Assembly (NCBI RefSeq): GCF_963676685.1
Contig: NC_092346.1
Location: forward strand, 9,300,001-9,364,000
Direction of reading: 5' to 3'
DNA length: 64,000 bases
DNA from: Mytilus edulis
Taxonomy: Eukaryota
Part shown: positions 59,817 through 64,000 of the stretch, piece by piece
Position numbering within the stretch: position 1 is the stretch's first letter
How the letters are laid out: each line of letters starts with the position of its first letter
Notes under the pieces: model-generated
What the model was told of the DNA's origin: nothing
The model's input: the letters and a program-made list of their open reading frames with translations, nothing else
Databases searched by the model: none
Program-made: the position numbers and the translations under genes

Positions 59817-61666
59817 GTGAATCTACGTTTACAACATTTTGTTCACATTATACCTGGGAAATACTATCTCACATAATAATTCATTACACGACTATTAATA
59901 GTATCATCGTCATTATATAATATACTTTGTGTTTATGTTATATAGCGAGACGACGTCACTAATGGAGTTATTTGCAAATGAAATATGTTTAAACTAAAAT
60001 TTCAAAACCTGATACCATACCTTTAAATAGAATAATCTTTTATACCTATAGTATACTAACAGATCGATAACAATGAATTCAAATTTGAGGACTCTACTGT
60101 GTAAATATGATAGTATTTAGACAGTCATGATGATGACTTCTTTTGTTTTCGTGGTGTATTTATTTTTTCAAATTTTGCAGTAGTAAATACACGTGAAGAC
60201 AAATGCAGCTTGAATGGATGTATAGTAACCTCTTGATACTTTTCATCGGTTTACCTTTTTGCCCTTTACATAACCTCATGCAAACTGTGGAATGTTAAAA
60301 AGACCAGTGATCCATACAGAAAATCGATTTCTTTCCTGTTTGGATAAATGGAAGATTTCAATTATATCATTGACTGAGGCCCTCTCTCTCTGCGATTTAG
60401 TAAATCTGTTTTGATCTTATGTGATCTTTTTTCTTTCATTAATTTCTTTATAAAAAAAATCATCTTTAGAAAATCCCTTCAGTGATCAATTTCTATCAAA
60501 AGATTGATGAAACAATGAAACAGACATTTACAGCACTTATATATAAATAAGACGGTGTAGTATGACTGCAAATGAGACAAATTTTTGTTGTTATATTCGT
60601 GTGTCATGGTAAATATAATTAATCACCCCTTCATTTATTAGATTTTAGTTTGGTTCAACGAAATCTATACGATATATTTGGTTTACAGTTTGATTCAGGA
60701 GAAACAACGACATAGCTAGATTATACAATCAATTATCTAATTACTACCACAACTTCATATTAATGAGCATTGTAATTTTCATTGTTATTGATGAATGGAA
60801 TATCAGTAGTACAAATCTAATCTTAAATCAATCCTTACTCTTTCTTATTTTTGGGAAATATATTTAGAATTTCGAATGTGACGTCACTTTGTGCGTTTAT
60901 GCGTTGGCTAACTCGGCTGTGTATTTTGATGTGCTGTATTAGGTTGTTTTATGTAATGTTGTTATTCTGTAGTTAGTCACCACTTCAGTTTTATCATGCA
61001 TAGCTATTATATGATCATTTTTTTTTTATATAAAATTATCTGTTTGCAAAAGTATGAATTATTCTAAATAATAAGGATGTTCTTATCCCAGGCAGAAAAC
61101 CCTGGTAGTATTGGGTACAACTTTTTGGAACTTTTGGTCCTCAGTGCTCGTCAACTTTGTTTTGGCCTTCGAACTATTTTCATCCGAGCGTCATAGCCTT
61201 AGGTTAGTCTTGTGTGAACGAAACGCACGTCTGGCGTATTCAATTTTAGATCTGTTGCCTTTTCGTTTGATATTATTCGTGTGTTTTTTTACTGTCCTAT
61301 ATGTTCTCCCATTTATTTGTATTGTAGTCTTGTCATGTAATGTTGTAATTTTAATGTTATATTTAACATTGCAATAAAAGCGGGAGGTTTGGCATGCCAC
61401 AAAATCAGGTTCAACCCACCATTTTTTCTTATTTTATTTTTTAGTATGTAACCCGGATTTGTTTTTTTCTATCGATTACGAGTTTTGAACAGCGGTATAC
61501 TACTGTTGCCTTTATTTATCAATCAAAGTCACAATGTTAAAATGTAAAAAGTAAACAAGTCGACAAAAAAATGAAATTAATAGTCAATATTGATATGAAA
61601 AAAATGAATTTACAAGAATGTCTATCTTTAAAGATAAAAAAGTTAAACGGACTATACTCTTTTTTT

Positions 61667-63768
61667 CCTATTATTCATTCAAAAAGGAAGACCCTTTCCA
61701 TATGTCTGCTTTATTATCTTTCCTTTAGACACAAACCACCTCCTCTAAAGGATTTGTTTGTGTGCTTTTGTGTATTTTCTATCTTTTTCCTTGAATATAT
61801 CCTTTTATGTTATTCATCATTTTTTCCCGTACTTTGTTGTTTGAGAAAAAGGAAACATCAAAACATTTCTCCAATTTAGAACCGTGTCAATAATACGCAG
61901 AAAACTTTCATGCTTTTCTTTGCAAATCACTTTAAAAGTGGTTGTCATTCTTCTTCGTCTGATCAAGCAAGAAGAGCTCACATAAATCATTTTCAGTTAT
62001 GTTGGAATCTTAGCGTCTTAAAGCACTTAAACAATAGAAGGATATGTTATAAAATAACTTAATATGCAGGTCAATTTCTCATAAAAGTATTGCTAGAAAC
62101 TAAAATGGTATGAATAGTATAAATAGTAATTAAGGCATGATGTATATATCAGCAGGGCTTTGGTCAGGAAGAACAATTGTTTTCTCAAATCATCCCATAT
62201 TTATAACTCACATGTTTCATTTTGACGAATGTGACCTTCAGAATTAGACTATTTATCGGGTTTGTATTAATATGAGCAACACAACGGGTGCCACACCTGG
62301 AGCAACATATGCTTACTCTCCCTGAGCACATGAGATCATATCCACTTTTTGGTGGGTTTCATGTTGCTTAGTCTTTAGTTTTCTATGTTGTGTCGTTTGT
62401 ACTATTATTTGTCTGTTTTCCTTTTTTCTTTTTTTGGCCATGACTTTGTCAGTTTATTTATTATCTATCATGTATTTGAATGTCCCTCTGGTATCTTTCA
62501 TCCCTCTTTAAATGCAAAATATACAGATCCATTTTAAATTCTGATAACATTATTAGTATCTAGCAATTCATTATTCTGTGAATGAAGGGAGCTGTAAGAT
62601 GTAAATACATGATATAAAAGAATAAAGATCTAAAATTCTATCAATTCATGGTATTAAAAAAATAATTATACAATATGCCAATCATAGACTTGCCCAACGT
62701 CTTTGAAAATTGTTCGTAGATTTAACTGACACTTTATAAGATCTTCCTTTTATAGTTGTTCAGTTGTGGTTTTAAAATAAACAAACAAAATTGTTATGAA
62801 TATAAAGCTTAGTATATGATAATTAATATTGTAAGTAAAACATGAATACAAGTCAGAAAGTAATTAGAATTAAAATCCAGACACATGAATGGTATATATT
62901 TAACCTTTTCAGTTTTGATCCTGTCTTTGCCAATGATTATACAATTGCACACCAAAATATCATTTACTTATCACTAGTGTTTCCCCATACACTGACCTAA
63001 TCACAAACTTCTACATGAAAACTAAGCAAAAGTTTCAAAGTCAATACACCATCATTAAGGATGTGGGGCCATTTCCATGGAAATGAGATATTCCAATGCT
63101 TATATAATTAGATGTGATAGATGCGTTCAATTATTTAGTGAGAGAACATCTATATAGCGATGAGTAAAGGACATTACTAACTTCTTATCTTTCTACCTAC
63201 GAAGTTCCTGTATAAAGTCAGCCTCATACGAACAGAGGAATAAGTCGGCAAAAAGAGGTGCATATAATTGGTTCCCATGGGAATGCCGATAGTTTGTTGA
63301 AAAACACGTCCTCCAAACATAACACATATGTTGTCAAGAAATGAAGCATCTTGATAAATGTCCGTTTCAGAAATTTTTTTGTTTGAATCAGAGTGATTCT
63401 TTACAAAGTAGGATGTATCCCTCCTTAATACAAAATACGTGTATCTACGTTGGCCATTCTTTTTTTTTATGATCAGACGAAGAAGAATGACAACCACTTT
63501 TAAAGTGATTTGCAAAGAAAAGCATGAAAGTTTTCTGCGTATTATTGACACGGTTCTAAATTGGAGAAATGTTTTGATGTTTCCTTTTTCTCAAACAACA
63601 AAGTACGGGAAAAAATGATGAATAACATAAAAGGATATATTCAAGGAAAAAGATAGAAAATACACAAAAGCACACAAACAAATCCTTTAGAGGAGGTGGT
63701 TTGTGTCTAAAGGAAAGATAATAAAGCAGACATATGGAAAGGGTCTTCCTTTTTGAATGAATAATAGG
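61667..63768. repeat. 299-bp inverted duplication (61667-61965 / 63470-63768)
   Basis: cctattattcattc...cgtctgatca is reverse-complemented at 63470-63768 with no difference seen. Confidence 0.9.
63125..63469 (-). mobile_element. Penelope-like RT fragment
   Basis: KKNGQRRYTY...FGGRVFQQTIGIPMGTN, homologous to 40880-41170. Confidence 0.8.
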
Positions 63769-63789
63769 TTTCTCGCCATATTTTATATA

Positions 63790-64000
63790 CTCATATATCC
63801 CAGTAAACTTAAAATTAAGGATATTACTGATATGAGATGACTGCTTCTTACCTTGATCTTTTCCTCAATATTGACACAGATGGACGACGTAACACGAAAA
63901 TCTATGATAAACGGGACGATTTCAGCTTCCCAATTATCAATTTCCCATTTCTCAGCAGTAACATACCCTCTGCCCCTTCGTATAGTGTTTGCATATCACA
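63790..64000 (+). mobile_element. Penelope-like RT fragment running off the window end
   Basis: ASYLDLFLNIDTDGRRNTKIYDKRDDFSFPIINFPFLSSNIPSAPSY. Confidence 0.8.

Larger units (their letters stand above)
54350..61743. repeat. Segmental duplication copy C
   Basis: Colinear with 28147-35872. Confidence 0.9.

Noticed and set aside
63177-63551. 124-aa ORF as a host gene
   Set aside because: Chimeric frame across the inverted duplication and a decayed Penelope-like RT

Overview
AT-rich, intron-containing, repeat-dense eukaryotic DNA; the repeat and gene families suggest a bivalve mollusc, probably a Mytilus mussel (inference). 1-17.5 kb: a minus-strand spliced gene for an unrecognised ~233-aa Pro/Arg/Tyr-rich protein, with three candidate alternative first exons and a 2.5-kb foldback element in one intron. 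19.6-27.9 kb: NAA40 (histone H4/H2A N-terminal acetyltransferase; 9 coding exons, 248 aa), head-to-head with the first gene. 28-64 kb: a tandem segmental duplication carrying three intact single-coding-exon, RING-less TRIM-like genes (B-box1, B-box2, coiled coil, NHL-type beta-propeller), two pseudogenes and smaller relics. The clearest non-coding signal is a recently inserted 350-bp tandem 'retrozyme' (30450-31370). Each unit carries a complete type I hammerhead ribozyme and a second, unrecognised pseudoknot/UUCG RNA module. A related hammerhead family is dispersed across the window, along with a decayed Penelope-like retroelement with an N-terminal GIY-YIG domain (Naiad-type), SINEs and many MITEs. 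All calls were made by eye from the sequence; no searches were run.
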